DNA of 64,000 nt from Mantamonas sphyraenae STR306 (GCA_026936335.1 JAPMXV010000038.1:198975-262974); one strand, 5' to 3'; shown: positions 12,616-26,700, numbered from the stretch's first letter. Numbers and translations: made by a program. The notes: generated by a model not told the origin, from the sequence alone.

Positions 12616-14683
12616 ATGGCCATGAGACGGACAGGTACAGTGACAACTGCGTCACGGGCCTCCTTGTTACCGGCCTTTGTGTTGCTGGTGGCTGTGCATG
12701 TGGCGTTGGCGCAGCAGTGGCAATGGAACACGGACATGGATTTGGACGTGTGGCCTCTGCCTACTCAATACGCAAACGGGACCGGACGGCTGGCCGTGCA
12801 GCCCTCGCTGGCCATCAGCATCAAGGACGCATCATCACTGGACACCAAGCAACAACAACTGCTGAATGCAGCCATTGCACGCGTAACCAAGCGTGTTTTC
12901 TCGGCCAACGAAAAGTGGACGGCTTGGCGCTGGAGCATCTACGAGCCCAACAGTGTGGCAGCCGCTCCAGCCACTCTTTCCGGCGTTTCCGTGCAGGTCA
13001 CACCACCACACACACGCCCCTGGACATGGACCTTGTCGACGAGAGCTACACGCTGGAAATCCAGGCCAGTGGGGCAAGCATCCGCGCGCCGCAAGAGTGG
13101 GGTGCCTTGCGTGCCCTTGAGACCCTGGCCCAGCTCATTGTCTGGCAGGGCGCTGCACAGGGATACCAGATTCTGCGTACGCCTCTCCTTATCAACGACA
13201 ACCCGCGTTTCCGCTGGCGAGGAGTGTCGTTGGATACGGCTCGCCACTACATCACCCCCGAGGGCTTGCTGCGTACTCTGGACATGATGGAACGCACAAA
13301 GATGAATGTGCTGCACGTAAGTTGAGCATCTTGCCTTGTCACGCACGGGCATATGTGTGGCTGACCGAACCCCAACCCCCCCTCCTCCCCTCTCGCTGTC
13401 TGCAGTGGCACATCATCGACGCGGACAGCTTCCCGCTGGAGACCACAGTGTACGAAAAACTGTCGCAGGAGGGTGCGTGGGCACCGGGAGCTGTGTACAA
13501 CCGCTCATTTGTGCAGCAGCTTCTGGCGTATGCTCACGAGCGTGGAGTGCACGTGGTTCCCGAATTTGATGTGCCGGGTCACTCGGGAGCCATCGGAAGG
13601 GCCTACCCGGATCTGGTGGCCCAGTGCAGCGATTGGTTGCACAATGTCTACCGCGGCTACGACCCCAACCAGGCCATTTCGTTGAACCCGACGCGCGAGA
13701 GCACGTACACCTTTCTGCAGAGCCTGTTCAACGAGGCGGCGGGCGTGTTCGGCTCGCGGTACATGCACATCGGTGGTGACGAGGTGCAGATTGGCTGCTG
13801 GGAGTCCATGCCCGAGGTTGCCACGTTTATGCAGAAGCACCAGTTCACCACGTACAATCAAGTGTGGGAATACTTTGAGCAGCGTGCCATCAACCTGGCC
13901 CTGTATGCGGGCAAGAAGCCCATCCTGTGGAACGAACCGTTCAGCAACGGCTTCAACCTCGGCCCCAACGTAACCATCAACGTGTGGAAGGACAAGAACA
14001 CCCTGGGCGATGTGGTGCGTGCAGGTCTCCAGGGCATCTACTCGTTTGGCAACTACTTGGACAGGCAGACACCCGCATGTGTGGGCACAAAGTGCAACCA
14101 GAGTGCCATCCACTGGCTGTGGATCTGGACCTGGCACGATTTTTACGCAAATGATCCCTACACCGGCCTCGGTCTCACAGCGGCCGAACAGGCCCGCATC
14201 CTCGGCGGCGAAATGGCTGCCTGGGCCGAAAACATGAACGACCTCAACCTTGACGTCCGCCTGTGGGCACGCGGTCCTGCTGTGGCCGAACGCCTGTGGA
14301 GCCCTGCCTCGGTCACCAACGTGCGCAAGGCCGAGCGACGCATGACCTCGTTCCAGTGCAAGATGGCTCGGCTGGGCGTGCGTGTCAGTCCGGCTCACAT
14401 GGACCATTGCGACTCCTTTGGTGCCGCTCAGGGGGGCGGTAGCAACAGCGGAGGCGACAACTCGGGAAAGCATCCCGGCGACGGTGGCAATCCCAACGGC
14501 CTCGTCAGCCCAGCCTATGTCTCTTGGACCATTGCTCTCGCCGTGCTCCTTCTTGCGGAGAATGTCATTCTCGCAGGCATGCTCTACTGGCGGCGTGTGG
14601 CTCGCAAGGGTTGGATGTTTGCCGACCAAGGCAACTCCCAATCCAGCCCAGGTGGACGTGGGTACCTCGAACTGGACCGATGA
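12616..14683 (+). CDS. Beta-hexosaminidase (GH20) with C-terminal TM anchor
   Basis: Motifs DESYTL, PRFRWRG.SLDTARHY, MNVLH|WHI, PEFDVPGH, catalytic HIGGDEV, GGEMAAWAE. Intron 13317-13405; frameshift in the AC repeat at about 13000-13015. Confidence 0.93.
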
Positions 14684-14772
14684 TCAACGGAAGTGTGTCA
14701 GCACCCGCGAGTCATGACGATGGTGGATGCTGAAAGTGAGTGAGTGAGACAAAGAGCAATTCATCAACCTTG

Positions 14773-15744
14773 TCACCCACGTCGTCCAAACTGCTGCCGC
14801 TTCGCCACCTCTGCGCTCACATTCTGCAAGGCCATGGACACCATGTTGTGCAGCTGCACAAGCTGTGCGTTGTCAATCTCGTGCAAGTCGATGCCCAGCG
14901 CGTATTTGAGCTGTTTCTGCACGTTGTCGAGCTCGCTGCTCTTTTCTGCAAGCTGCTGCTCCTGCACACTCACTTGCCGCTGCAGCTGCAGCAGTCGATT
15001 GTCCTTACGATTTTGCAGCTTTTTCGTGTTTTTGAAGCGTTCGTTGAACTTGTCCAGGGCAGACGTGCCTCCGGAGCTGCTGCCGGAAATTTCGTCCTCC
15101 AGCTCTTCCTCCTCCTCTTCTTCCTCCTCCCCGTACTCATCCTCGCTCCCCGACCCGTTTCCATTGCCTGCGTCCCTGTGCAAAGACCCCTGCCCGCCTT
15201 TTCCTGCCACCTCCCGCGCCACTGCAGCTTTGTCGAAACGCGCATTGCTGCTCGCAAAGTCAAATTCTTCCGAGTACGCCGCCGTCTCCTGTGTGCCCAG
15301 CGACGAGCGCGTGTTGTCGAACCGAGCCTGCACAAAGCCTCCCTGGCCAGGTCTGGGCCCTGCCTGGGGTTGTCCTTGTGTTGACTGGCCCTGCTGGCCC
15401 ACTCCTGATCCTGCGGCACTCACCGACCTCCCTGTGCTTCCCGCTGCCCCTCCCACGCTTGTGGACGACGACGTCATCAGCGTGTGGTCCTGCACCAACG
15501 AAGAAGACACCTCTTTCAACACATGAATGTCCTGGATGTCCGCTACGTGGAACTCCACAGGCTGTGGCGTCAGCTGCGTTTGCGGAGCCACTGGATTCGG
15601 CACAGGCCGGTCTTCTGTGCCCAGAAGCTGCACCAGATCCAGCACCAACATCCCATTCTGCGGGTCCAGCTTCGCCAGCAGGCCTTCCCATCGGCACTGC
15701 GTCGACTTTTGGATGAGACTCACTCGCTTCCCTTCAAAGTCCAT
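14773..15744 (-). CDS. LSM14/Scd6-like protein (Lsm and FDF domains) with coiled-coil C-terminus
   Basis: GKRVSLIQKS..RWEG.L..LD...LLGTEDRP and YSEEFDFASSNARFDK. Confidence 0.75.
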   Translation of the reverse strand: MDFEGKRVSLIQKSTQCRWEGLLAKLDPQNGMLVLDLVQLLGTEDRPVPNPVAPQTQLTPQPVEFHVADIQDIHVLKEVSSSLVQDHTLMTSSSTSVGGAAGSTGRSVSAAGSGVGQQGQSTQGQPQAGPRPGQGGFVQARFDNTRSSLGTQETAAYSEEFDFASSNARFDKAAVAREVAGKGGQGSLHRDAGNGNGSGSEDEYGEEEEEEEEELEDEISGSSSGGTSALDKFNERFKNTKKLQNRKDNRLLQLQRQVSVQEQQLAEKSSELDNVQKQLKYALGIDLHEIDNAQLVQLHNMVSMALQNVSAEVAKRQQFGRRG

Positions 15745-15974
15745 CTGCTCGCGGTTCCTTGCGTTTGGTTCTGCGGGCGCATGCACGGACTTTGATGCTG
15801 ACCTGTTGTAGCGATGAAGTGTCACGAATGCAAGCAACTGTTGAAGCATCCAATCCAATCATGGTGTGGTGGAGACAACAATGGACGTTCCGTCAAGGTC
15901 GCTCTGCACACGCACATTCGTGTGTTTGAACCTTTCTTTCTTGTTCCCCCCTCTCTCCCAAACCACAATGCACC

Positions 15975-16628
15975 TCAGTTCCACTCCTGGGCCATGTACA
16001 GGCCGTATGCGATGCAGTAGAGCGCGCTGTCGACTGCGTACCCCTGCTTCTCGTCGTAGTCCTTCAGAATGGCCATCAGCGCATTCACAGGCACAAGCAC
16101 TGTGGTGATAAACTCGGTGTCTTCCAGTTCCGTTTGTGGATTCTGGTTCTCTTCCTTCTCCATGTCCACAATCAGGGTCACCAGTCGCGCGCGGCTCCCT
16201 CCGCTCCCCACGCTGGAAAACACATCGTGCGACACGTGCGAAACCTCACCGACGTAGCCCGTCTCCTCCTTCAACTCTCGCACAGCTGCCTCTTCGGCCG
16301 TCTCTCCCGTGTCCACCAGTCCGGCCGGCAGCTCGATGCACGTGCGGCCCACCGGAACGCGGAACTGCTTCGTCAACACCAGCTTGTCGGGCTTGCCCTC
16401 ACTCCGCACCAGTGCCACCACAGAGATGCTGTCCAAGTCTTTCACCTTTTCCCGCGTCGTACGCTGCACCACTTCCCACGACCGCTCCACGCCGTCCGGC
16501 GTCGTATAGGGCATCTCCAACAACCGGATCCACTTTCCCTCTCCCAGCACACGAGCCCCCACTGCCTCATTGAAATCCTTCACCGTCATGTCTGTCTCTT
16601 CAGCCACTTTGATCGACACGCTCGTCAT
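15975..16628 (-). CDS. NUDT5: ADP-ribose pyrophosphatase (Nudix, NUDT5-like)
   Basis: KQFRVPVG..CIELPAG followed by the Nudix box GLVDTGETAEEAAVRELKEETGY. Confidence 0.85.
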   Translation of the reverse strand: MTSVSIKVAEETDMTVKDFNEAVGARVLGEGKWIRLLEMPYTTPDGVERSWEVVQRTTREKVKDLDSISVVALVRSEGKPDKLVLTKQFRVPVGRTCIELPAGLVDTGETAEEAAVRELKEETGYVGEVSHVSHDVFSSVGSGGSRARLVTLIVDMEKEENQNPQTELEDTEFITTVLVPVNALMAILKDYDEKQGYAVDSALYCIAYGLYMAQEWN

Positions 16629-16744
16629 TGTGGCGTTGCGCTGGATGCGAATTTGGTGGCGACATTGGAGCTGAGGAAACGCACCCGTCCCGAGACCCAA
16701 TCGTCAATCGTCAATTGGCATGCTTGTCTTCTGGGTTTCATTCA

Positions 16745-17635
16745 TCACTCGCTTCCACCAGCCTCGGCCTTGACCTCCACCACCTTGGCACCTTTGCCTC
16801 GCTTGTTGAGCAGATCGTACACCGACGCACGGATGGCGTCTTCGGCCAGCATGCTGCAGTGCAGCTTCACAGGTGGCAACGACAGCTCCGCTGCAATCTC
16901 TTTGTTCGTCAGCTTCAGCGCCTCTTCCAGGGTCTTGCCCTTGACCCACTCGGTCGCCAAAGAAGACGACGCAATCGCACTGCCGCATCCAAACGTCTTG
17001 AACTTGGCGTCCTTGATCACATCACCTGTTGGATTCCCATCTCCTGTGTCAGTAAAACGTCCTCCAGACCGTTGCTGGACCCCTTCCAACCCTGTGTCGT
17101 TCCCTAGTCCCTAGTCCAGGTTGAAATCAGCACAGCCATTTTCCACCCAGCTGAAATCTGATAATCTTCCGTCCCTCTCCTTACCGTCTACTTCGATCTG
17201 CAGCTTCATCACGTCACCACATGCGGGTGCCCCCACCACGCCTGTGTCCATTTGCGCGGGTGTGTGCGTCCATGTTAGCCTCGTTGCCCCGTGCACTCCC
17301 TCCACAAACCGTCGCATCCAGCCTTCCGATCGGCGCGGCTCTTTCCCACCCTCTCTTCGCTTTGCGCACGCACTCCATCAACCGGCGCTGTGTTCTTGGG
17401 CTACCAACCCACGCGCTGACTCTCACATACCTGTGCCCACACTGTCACTGTTCTTGTCCAGGCTGCCCACGTTGCGCGGACGCTCGTAGTGGTCAATCAC
17501 CTTTTCGTGGTACAGCCGTGTGACGATCCCTGCTCCACTGCTGCTCGACGTCTCCACGCTGCTCACGCTCTCCAACGTTAGCAACGACAGACCACGCGCG
17601 CTCTGAACACCTTTCTTCACGCTTTTGGCAAACAT
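16745..17635 (-). CDS. ISCU: Mitochondrial Fe-S cluster scaffold IscU/Isu
   Basis: [60 protein letters not shown]. Two introns; N-terminal presequence-like leader. Confidence 0.95.
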
Positions 17636-17743
17636 CGACGATTTCTGGCTTGCCGCACACGGCGCACTGACGCTGGGGCACACCTTTGTCTTTCAAAACA
17701 CGATTGCGCGTGACAGAGCATACATTCCTTCCCTCCCCACTGC

Positions 17744-20700
17744 TCAGTAGTTCAACGAGCACACCATCGCCACGCCGCGCTTGATAAAGTACCGTTCGGG
17801 CTTGTCGCCACAGGGGAGCTCGATGTTCAGCACAAAGTTGGTCGAGTGTCCCGTCGTGCTCAGCTGGCCCGCACGTGCCAGCGTCTTGTACACAGGGCAC
17901 TGGTACACGCCTTCGCTCGCCTCCTCCTTGTTGTCCGTCGGCCGCAGCCAGATGATCGGCATTTCCGTGTACAGCTCCTTTGCCCGACTGTCCACAATCA
18001 TGCCCTCGTCTGCGTCCCAACGTGCTCCCTCCATGATCAGTCCCCGAATGTACACGCCATCCTTCGGCCGCTCGTGGATCTCCTCCTCCGTTTCGCGCAG
18101 CACCTGAAACTCGAACGACACGTCGTCGATCGGCACCAGGTACTTGCGCGCATAGTTCTGTTTCGTGCCCGTCAGGAAGCCCTGAGGGAAGTAGAACCCA
18201 GAGATCCAAAACACCTTGGGCTTGTCCTCGTCGATCCACTTTTGGATAAACTGCAGGCGCGCCGACAGATCGACCACCCACGCGGCCAGCGGCTTCAGCG
18301 ACGGGTACGCCTTGTCTGCCCACGCCTTGGGCACCTGATTGTTGTACAGACTGTCTGCCATCGCTTCCAGGCTCTCGCTCATCACCACCTCGCCTCGCAG
18401 CGCCTTCAGCAGCTGCTCCAGAGTGTCCTTGATCTCTCGCAGCAGGGTGTCGTACAGCACCACCTCCTGGTTGATCACTGTGTTCAGCGACTCCTCATAC
18501 TGCATCGTGTACTCCTTCTGCACGTGCTCCACGTCCATCCCGCCAGGCAGCCTGCTCAGGATATCCACGCTCACCTCCCGCACAAACTCGTTCTGCGACT
18601 GGCTCGCCGCTCCGCCGTGCGATCCACGCGGCTGCAGTGACAGGATGTTTTCAAAGATCTCAAACGCCGTGTTCTGCGAAAACACAATGTCTGCGTTGCT
18701 GTGCAGGCCAAACACGTCTGGTGTGTCGTTCAACGGCAGCGACTTGATGTAGCCCATGAAATCAGTCATGTTGTCCGCGTCCGGCACGTAGTACCGTCCC
18801 AGCGAGTCAAACGTGTACGAAGCATCAAGAATCTCGGGCGAGTACACATCGCCCAGGATGTTCATCAGCGTGCGCCTGTCCAGGTCGTCCGTCACACGCC
18901 CTCCGTAGTTGATCTCGCCTGCCAGGAACATCAAGATCTTGTACGGCACCTCTTCGTACGAGTCCAGCAGCGTCTGAAGCTGGCGTGTGCAGATCTTCAG
19001 GTCGTCGGCCGTAAACTCGTACTGGATGTTCCAACCCAGCGATCCGAAGCGGCGCCTCTCCTGCACCACTGCGTGGAAGAATGTCAGCCCAAACAGCATC
19101 CTCTTCCACACCTCGGGCTTGCTGCTTGCGTTCAGGAACTGGTCGTCGTAGCGGTTGAACGACCGCTGCAGGTTCGCCTTGATGCCCTTGGGTGGCTCCG
19201 TCGTCATCTTGACGCTCATCTGCAGCACGTTGGCCGGAAAATCTTTCGTAGGCATGCTTGTCAGCCACAAACGGAAGCCCTTGTCCACCGTGTCCACGCT
19301 GATGTTCGACACAATGTGATCCAGCTTCGGCATCCAGCTCGCCGCAAGATGGCAGTTCTGCAAACACACCCACGCGCCGCGGTCCATTGCGTCCAGAATC
19401 ATCTCCTGCGCATGCTGGCCCTGGCCCTTGCCAAGCGACAGCCGATGGAACTTCTTTGTGTACCGCATGTCATCCACAAACTGCAGGATGTCACCCATCG
19501 GGTCTGCGCCGGGCGACAGCACAAAGATAAGCGGCGTGTTCGGGGCGCTGTCTCGGTAACAGCTCTCCAGATCAAACTGCGGCGACTCGATAAACTCGTG
19601 GCCCAGGTGTTCCGCCACAAACTCCTGGATAGCCTCGAGCAGTTTGTCCGGACGCAGGCAGCGCAGCAACAGCATGCGCTGGAACATGTCCAAACGACCC
19701 TCCAAACCCTCTGGCAGCGTCTCGTTTTGCGGCGATGCGCTGTCAAACAGCCTGCGGAAGTCGCTCACATGCTTCAACACCGTCATGTCCAGGCCCTTGA
19801 AGTTGGGCAGCGCACTGAGATTGAGAACCTCGTTCCACGCCTTGTTCGTCAACCACTCGGGCGCAGGGTTCTCCAGATGGTCGCCCGTGTCCAGGTTGGT
19901 GCCGCCCGTCAGCAGGAAGCGCCACTCCTGGCCGTCGATCTTGCCTTCTCCCTGCAAAATCTTTACGCACAGCTGCAACGAAAACAGCAGCTTGTGCTTC
20001 TCAAACAGCGAGCGGCACACGTTCTGGTACAGCGAGTACGTAAAGTATTCGTTCAGCATGCGCAGACGCTCCTCCAGCTGCTCCTCTTCAGACAGCTCCT
20101 CGCTTGGCTTGGGCGCGTTTGTGATGCCCATTGCAAACAGGTGCAGGAACCAGTCCAGCGAGTACTGGTACATCGGATCCACACCCAACAGGTCTGTGAT
20201 GCAGAAGAAGAGGATCGAGCCACGCATGGCCACCTTGCGGTACATGCTTCGCGTATGGTCGATCTCCGCCTCCGTCTGCTTCGACTCGGCCACCTTGGCT
20301 TCGATGTCGCGCGACTTTTCCTTCGACGCGCTCAGATTGTTGATGAGCGACTCGTCTTCCAGCAGACGTTTGTTCACCGTCAGCGTGTGAAGAATTTGGT
20401 CTTCGATGTCCTCAAGCTCCTTTTGCATGCGGTCGTTCGCCGCCACCAGCTGCTTCTTGGCCTCCTCCAGGTCCGGTCGCTCGTTCTCCACAACCAACGC
20501 CAGCAACTGGTCCTCCAGTCCCTCCAGCGACAGCGTAAAGTTCAGCAGCGCCACCTTGGTGCTCACCTCGGGCTTGAAGTGCGGGTTGCGCTCGCGCGTC
20601 GTCAAATACAGCCGGAAGTCACTGTTGTACGGAATCACGTCATCGCCAATCTTGATCACAAGCGATCCCGCCTGCTTGAACGTCTCCCGCTTCAGGATTG

Positions 20701-23700
20701 GGTCCAGCAGCGGGTCCAGCTCCTCGTTCACGTGCTCCACCAGGCAAGGCTTGCCAAACTGGATGCTCGACTCCAGCCGCTTGCTAAAGTTCTCGTCCAG
20801 GGGCGTCAGCACCTCCAGGTCAAACTCTTCCTCCATGTTGCGCACCCAGATGTTGGCCTGGCCCTGCGGGTCGATCATCAGCGGCCAACGGCGAGACTTT
20901 TGTACAATGATGGCGTTCTCCTGCGACAGCTGATCCTTCGGCAGCTTGCACTGTGTCCAGTGGGCAATCTTCAACGGGTTGCCCATTGTGCTCAGCAGCG
21001 ACGAGTTGGGCGTGAACGGGATGCTCAGCTCCTCCAGCTTCAGCTGCCACTCGCTCACAAACTGCGCTCGGTAGGCGGCCGTAAACGCGCCACTGTATGC
21101 AATCATGCCTGCAGAGATAATCACGTCGCCCAGAATGTTGTCCTCACTCTGCTGCAACGTCTCGATCGTCGACTCCCATCGCTGCTTCTCGCCTCCCAGG
21201 CCGCCAATCAGCTTGTTGGCCCTGTCCAGGCCTCGCTTGCAGTCGTCCACCTGTCGCGACAGATCTTCTTTGTGTGCCAGCGACGCGTCGTACTCTCTCT
21301 CCAACGCCGCAATGTTGTCTTCCACAGCCGACAGCCTTGCGCGCGCCTCTTCCAGCACAGCCACCGTTTTCTCCAGCGCCTCCTTGGCCTGCGCCAGACG
21401 CTCGCGCTTCGGGGCAACGCTACGCGAAACGTGGTAGTAGTGCTCGATGGCACGCACCCACAGACACAGCGATGTGCATGCACGCGACACGTTGGCCACC
21501 TTTTCCACCGTAAACTCTTCGCTCTGGATGTACGGTTGGATCTTTTGGATCACCTGCGGCGAGATGCTGTCCTTGTCAAAGTTCAGCAGCGAGTTGAGGA
21601 AACCCGGGTCGCCCAGCATGGCCTTGGCCGTATCCCAGTAGTCGTCCACCTTGGTGCCCGGCTTGTCGCCGTCCACGCGCTTGGGTTTCTTGCCCTTCAT
21701 GATGCACACGGCCTCCATCACAATGCGCACACCCAGTGGCGGTGACTTGAACGCCTTGACCTCGTAGATGTGTGCGCGGTCGAGCTTGGCCAGCGAATCT
21801 GTGGCCTTGATCAGCGCAGGCATGGCGCGGTCCAATTCCTCCTGTGCATCGTCTGCAATGGCCTTTGTGATTTCTGCCTGCTCGTTTGCCTGCTCCTCTT
21901 CCTTTTGCACCACGCTGCGCGTCTCCTCCGCAAGCACCTTGTCGCGTGCGATCTTTTCCATCATCTCTTCGTTCTGCTTCGTCGTGGCCGCAAGCACGGG
22001 CTCCAGCGCCTTCAGCTTCTCCTTCAGGCCCTCTACCTCCTGTGTTGCAGACAGCAGCGTGCTCAGACCGCGCTCCAGGCGGTTGCGCTGGCCCGTCAGC
22101 TCGCTGCGCTTTTCGCCCAGCAGTTGCTTGAATGTCACCAGCAGCTCCAGGTAGCTGGTGGGCGTCACGTAGTTGTATCGCCCCAATTCGTTCAGGTAGT
22201 CCTTGGAGCGACGCTCCACATTGCTGTGCATGTGCACGCACGCTTTGATGATGTTCTCGTGCAGGCGGTCTACGGTTGCTGCCGACGCTGAGCTTTCGCT
22301 GGACGTCAGATCGACGTCAGCCAGCGAGTTGCGCGCCACACTCTCCAGCGCATCGCTGGGCCACACCGAGAACCAATCGATGGTGCAGCAGTTGACAAGC
22401 GACGGGAACATGCGCAGCCGGTTGCGGAACTTGGCGCCAATCGGGCTCATGCACAGCACGATATGCACGTTCTGGCGCACACGCGACACAAAGTGTTGGT
22501 ACACGCTCGTCTTGCTCACCTCGATGCCGAGTTTCTGCACGTGTGGCGTCACATTGGTGATGATGTTTTCCATCTCGTCGGCCGCAAAGATGTTGGGCAC
22601 TTCACCGCTGTTGAGGATGCTGTTGATGTCCTCCACAAAGTTTTCGTCCAGGATCTGCGAGTCGTTGAACAAAAACACCACCTGCTTGCCTTCCACGCCG
22701 GTCGGAAGCAGCAGCTTGTTCTTCAGGTCCTCGTGCCACGCCTCCATGCCGTAGCTCTTGCTGATTTCGATTTCAAACAGCTCATAGTCGGCCATGAAAG
22801 TGGCCAAGCGCGTCAGCGACTGCCGTCCGCTGCCTCCCATGCCCAGCAGCAATGCATTGCCACGCGGCTGGCGCAGCACACGCGTGATACGACACAGGTG
22901 TTCAATGGCATGCTCAAACATCACCAGCTTCATCGGCGTGTTGATCTGCATGTTGTAGTCCTGCAGGTACTCCTCCACAATGCGCACCAGCTTGCCGTAG
23001 TCCGTCACCTCTTCGTACACGCGCGGGTAGGCACCTGGCACCATGAAATCGCCATAGAAGAGCTTGGGCGTCTGCACAACCTCTTCCCAGCTCTGGCCGT
23101 AGTGCTTGTACGTGCGCGACTGCAGTAGGGTCATGAACCAGTCACGGTCCTCGTCGTTGATCAAACGGTCGTGGAACACACGCGTGCACTCGTGTGCCCA
23201 CATGCGGATCAGCGCAGACGGCTCCACCACACGGTTGGCATCGGCGCTGAGAACGCCCTGGAACACCTTGCTCAGATCGCGAAGGTTGAACGTGTAGTGT
23301 ACCTTGGCAGGCGTCGGCAGCAATTCGCTTGCAATGGTGTTGTAGATGTCCAGCGTCGCCTCCACCATTGGCCACGTCAGCGTGCGCACGCTCGGCTGGA
23401 ACTGCACCAGGAACGCACCCAGAATCGTGGAGAAAATGTGTTTCACGCTGTCGTCCTCCAATTCCGCAAACGTGACCACGTTGAAATGCCTGGTGAACCG
23501 CGCCGTCATTTCGTGCCTGCCTCCGCCCGGCGGGCCCATGGCAGCCACCACCTGCGTGTCCACAATGCGCATAAAGTCGGCCGATTTGCGGTCGTACCAG
23601 CCACCGTGGTCCAGCCACTGGCGCAGCAGCTCGATTGGCGGCTGTGCGTGGTACTTTTCCGGTTTGGGCATGTTGACATCGTCGATAAACACGAGCACAC

Positions 23701-26700
23701 GCTTGCCCAGAGGCGGGCCGTAGATACCCTTGCGGCGCCTGTCCACGCGCGAGTCCAACATGTCCTGCAGCTGGTTCACATCGGTCTGGGCCGAGAAGTT
23801 GACCACGTTGGGCACAAAGAAGCTCGGCAGGCCGTTCATCATCAGTTCCGTGATGGTCACGCTCTTGCTTGTGCCTGTCTGACCCACTGCCAGCACCGGG
23901 TGGTTGTTCAGGATCAGCATGCGCATCAGATGTGTGTAGCGCACCGTGTCCACCGTCGGCACAATGATGTCTTCGTAGTTCTGGCCGCCCTCCACCTTGT
24001 ACTCGGGCACCGTGTCCATCCAGCCCTTCCACACACATTCGCCGTCATCAAAGCACACGTCGTACACTGTGCCCTGTGCCGGCAGCGTCTGTGCGGCCGC
24101 CAGCTCCAGCGCGTCCACCTTGCTGCGCAGGAACGCGTCAAACTTGGCGCGGCCCTCTCGGTTGCAGCTTGCGCCGATGGACCACACCAGCGCAAACAGA
24201 AACATGTTCTCCAAACCAGCTTGCAGCAATTCCATCTGGCCCGTGTGGTCTCGCTTGCGGATGTGGATCATTGCCTCGTCAGGCGGCACGTAGTGGAACA
24301 GGAACGCGTCCATGATGTTCACCAGCGAGCGTGTCATGTTGCTGTGCGTCAGCGACACAAGCATGTGCAGGTTGCGCGACACAAACTCCAGCGACTCGCT
24401 GAGCAGTCCGTTGAACAGCTCCTCCAGCTTCGGTTTCACAGGTTCCAGCCATTTGTCCAGGCCGCCCAGCCACGACTGCACCAACGCGTCCACACCAATG
24501 GCCGCAGGGTCCAGGTACACCATACCGCAACGGCTCACGGTGGCCGGTGACGCCACCTTGAGGTCCTCCACCTCGAACATCATCACCTGCGACTTGGTCA
24601 GGCGGATGATCTCGCCACTGGGCAGGCACAGCTTCTTGTTGTCGTCCAGCACAGTGTTCATGTTCTCGATCCACAAAGCGTCCACGGGGCCATCCAACAC
24701 AATCCAGCGGAACTCGTTGCCGTCGCGCTCCAGGTCTCGCTTGACCGTGATGGCCAGCAGGCCATCCTCCCACTCTTTGGTCTGCTTGTCCTGCTCGCAG
24801 TACAGCTGGTCCATGGTCACGCTCTTTGGGTTGATCACCGTCTTGGTCACGCCGCGGTACTGGGACACCACGACGGCGTCCTCGTGCTTTGCCAGCGCGT
24901 TCAGCGCCGTCTCCAGCACCTTGTAGCACGACGTCTTTCCTGCACCCGTGGGACCCACAAGCATCAGGCCATGGCGCACCACAGTCGTGTCGTACAGCTG
25001 GATGCACTTTTGCACAAACGAGGGCAGCGGCTGCAGGCCGTGGTGTGCACACGCGGCTTCCAGTGCCTCTTGCAACACGCCGTAGTCCACTTCTTGCTCC
25101 TTGACGCGCGGGAACAGATCGTAGATGATGCCGTTGAAGAGCGCCAAATCGTCGGCGAGGAACTTGGGCACGTTGACGTCGCGCAGCGCACGCAGAAGCA
25201 GAATGTCTTCGCGCAGCTCCGGATGGGCGCGCTTGAGGTTGCCCGCAGCCGAGATGACCGTCTTGACGGCGCGCATGCCAAAGTCGTAGTGATCCTGCGA
25301 CGACAGCTGCTCAGACGAAAGCTTGAAAGTGGCAACCATCTTATTGGCCAGCGAGTTGGCCGTGTTGAAGCCGTACGAGTACAGCTCGATTTCTGCAATC
25401 ATGGCATAGTCCGGCACCATCATGGCCACGGGGCGGAACAGAGCCTTCAGGTTGTCCGGCAGTTCCGTACGGCCCTCGTATCCCGGGTTCATCGTCACAA
25501 ACACGGCGCATGTCTTGTCCAGCGCCAAGTCGACGTGTTCAAAGTAGAACCGCTTGGCGCCGCCCTGAATGGCCTTTTGGATCTTCATGATCATTTCTGC
25601 CACCACCGACAGCACCTCGAGCTCGATACGGTTGAACTCGTCGAAGCATGCCCACGCGCCCGTGCTGGCCAGGCCCTTGAAGAACTTGGCCATCGAGTCG
25701 ACGTCGAGACCCTCGGAGCAGTTGAAGACAACGCACTTCTTGGCCAGGGCTTTGGCCAAATCCTTGGTGGTTTCCGTTTTGCCCGTGCCTGCGGGACCTT
25801 GCGGAGCGCCTCCCAGCTGCAGCTGCAGTGCAGACGTAAGTGTCAGGTAGCAGCGGTCGGTCAGTGGCGTGATGACCAGGCGTGTGGTGTTGCCCAGGTA
25901 CTCGTAACCGTAGTCAAAGCTGGCCGTCATCATCTCGACGCGGCAGTCCTCGGCCCAGTAGAAGCGCATCTGCGAGATCCACTCAAAGTCCATGGTGTTG
26001 GTGACGCCCGAGTCGACGAGGTGCTTGGTCACGTCACGTGCGTGCACGTCCATGGTGATCAGGGCCTTCAGCAGGTCCTGCGTGAGTTGGTCCAGGTCTG
26101 TGCGCATGAGGTCGGTCAGGTCGTCCAGCTGGGCCACAAGCTTCTGGTGTAGCGTGGCCAGGGCCCCCTCCTCTCCACTCTCGATGGCCTTGGTGACCAT
26201 CTTGGTCCAGAAAATGGCAGAGGCGCACAGTACCGTCTGTGCGGGCCACTTTTTCACCCACTCTGTGCGCGCGGTCTGCGTGTAGTCCTCCAGTGCAAAC
26301 TGCAGCTGCTGGCGCACGCTGAGTTTCATGACGCGCTCGACGTCCAGCAGCCAGTTCTCCACCGCGCCCTTCGGGTAGAATGTCTCGACAAAGGGCACCA
26401 CCTCGTGTTCGGAGCTCTCCATACCCGTGATCATGTGGTCCTCGGAAAACTGGAGCAGTGCAATGTTCTCGAAGCACTTGTGCAGGTTCTTGAGCTCGCT
26501 GGGATCCTTGGCCTCGGAGAGGAACTCGAGCATCTCGTCGTTGGTGAGGAAGTAGAAACGCGGGAAGATGGAGCGCTTGTTCTCCAAGTACTGAGAGAGT
26601 CCCTTGTGGACGAGGTCGAGCAGCTTGTTGCTGTCCTCCAGGTCCTCGAGCAACTTGTCGGTGTCGCAGTAGCTCATGACGTTGTTGTCCTCGACAACGC

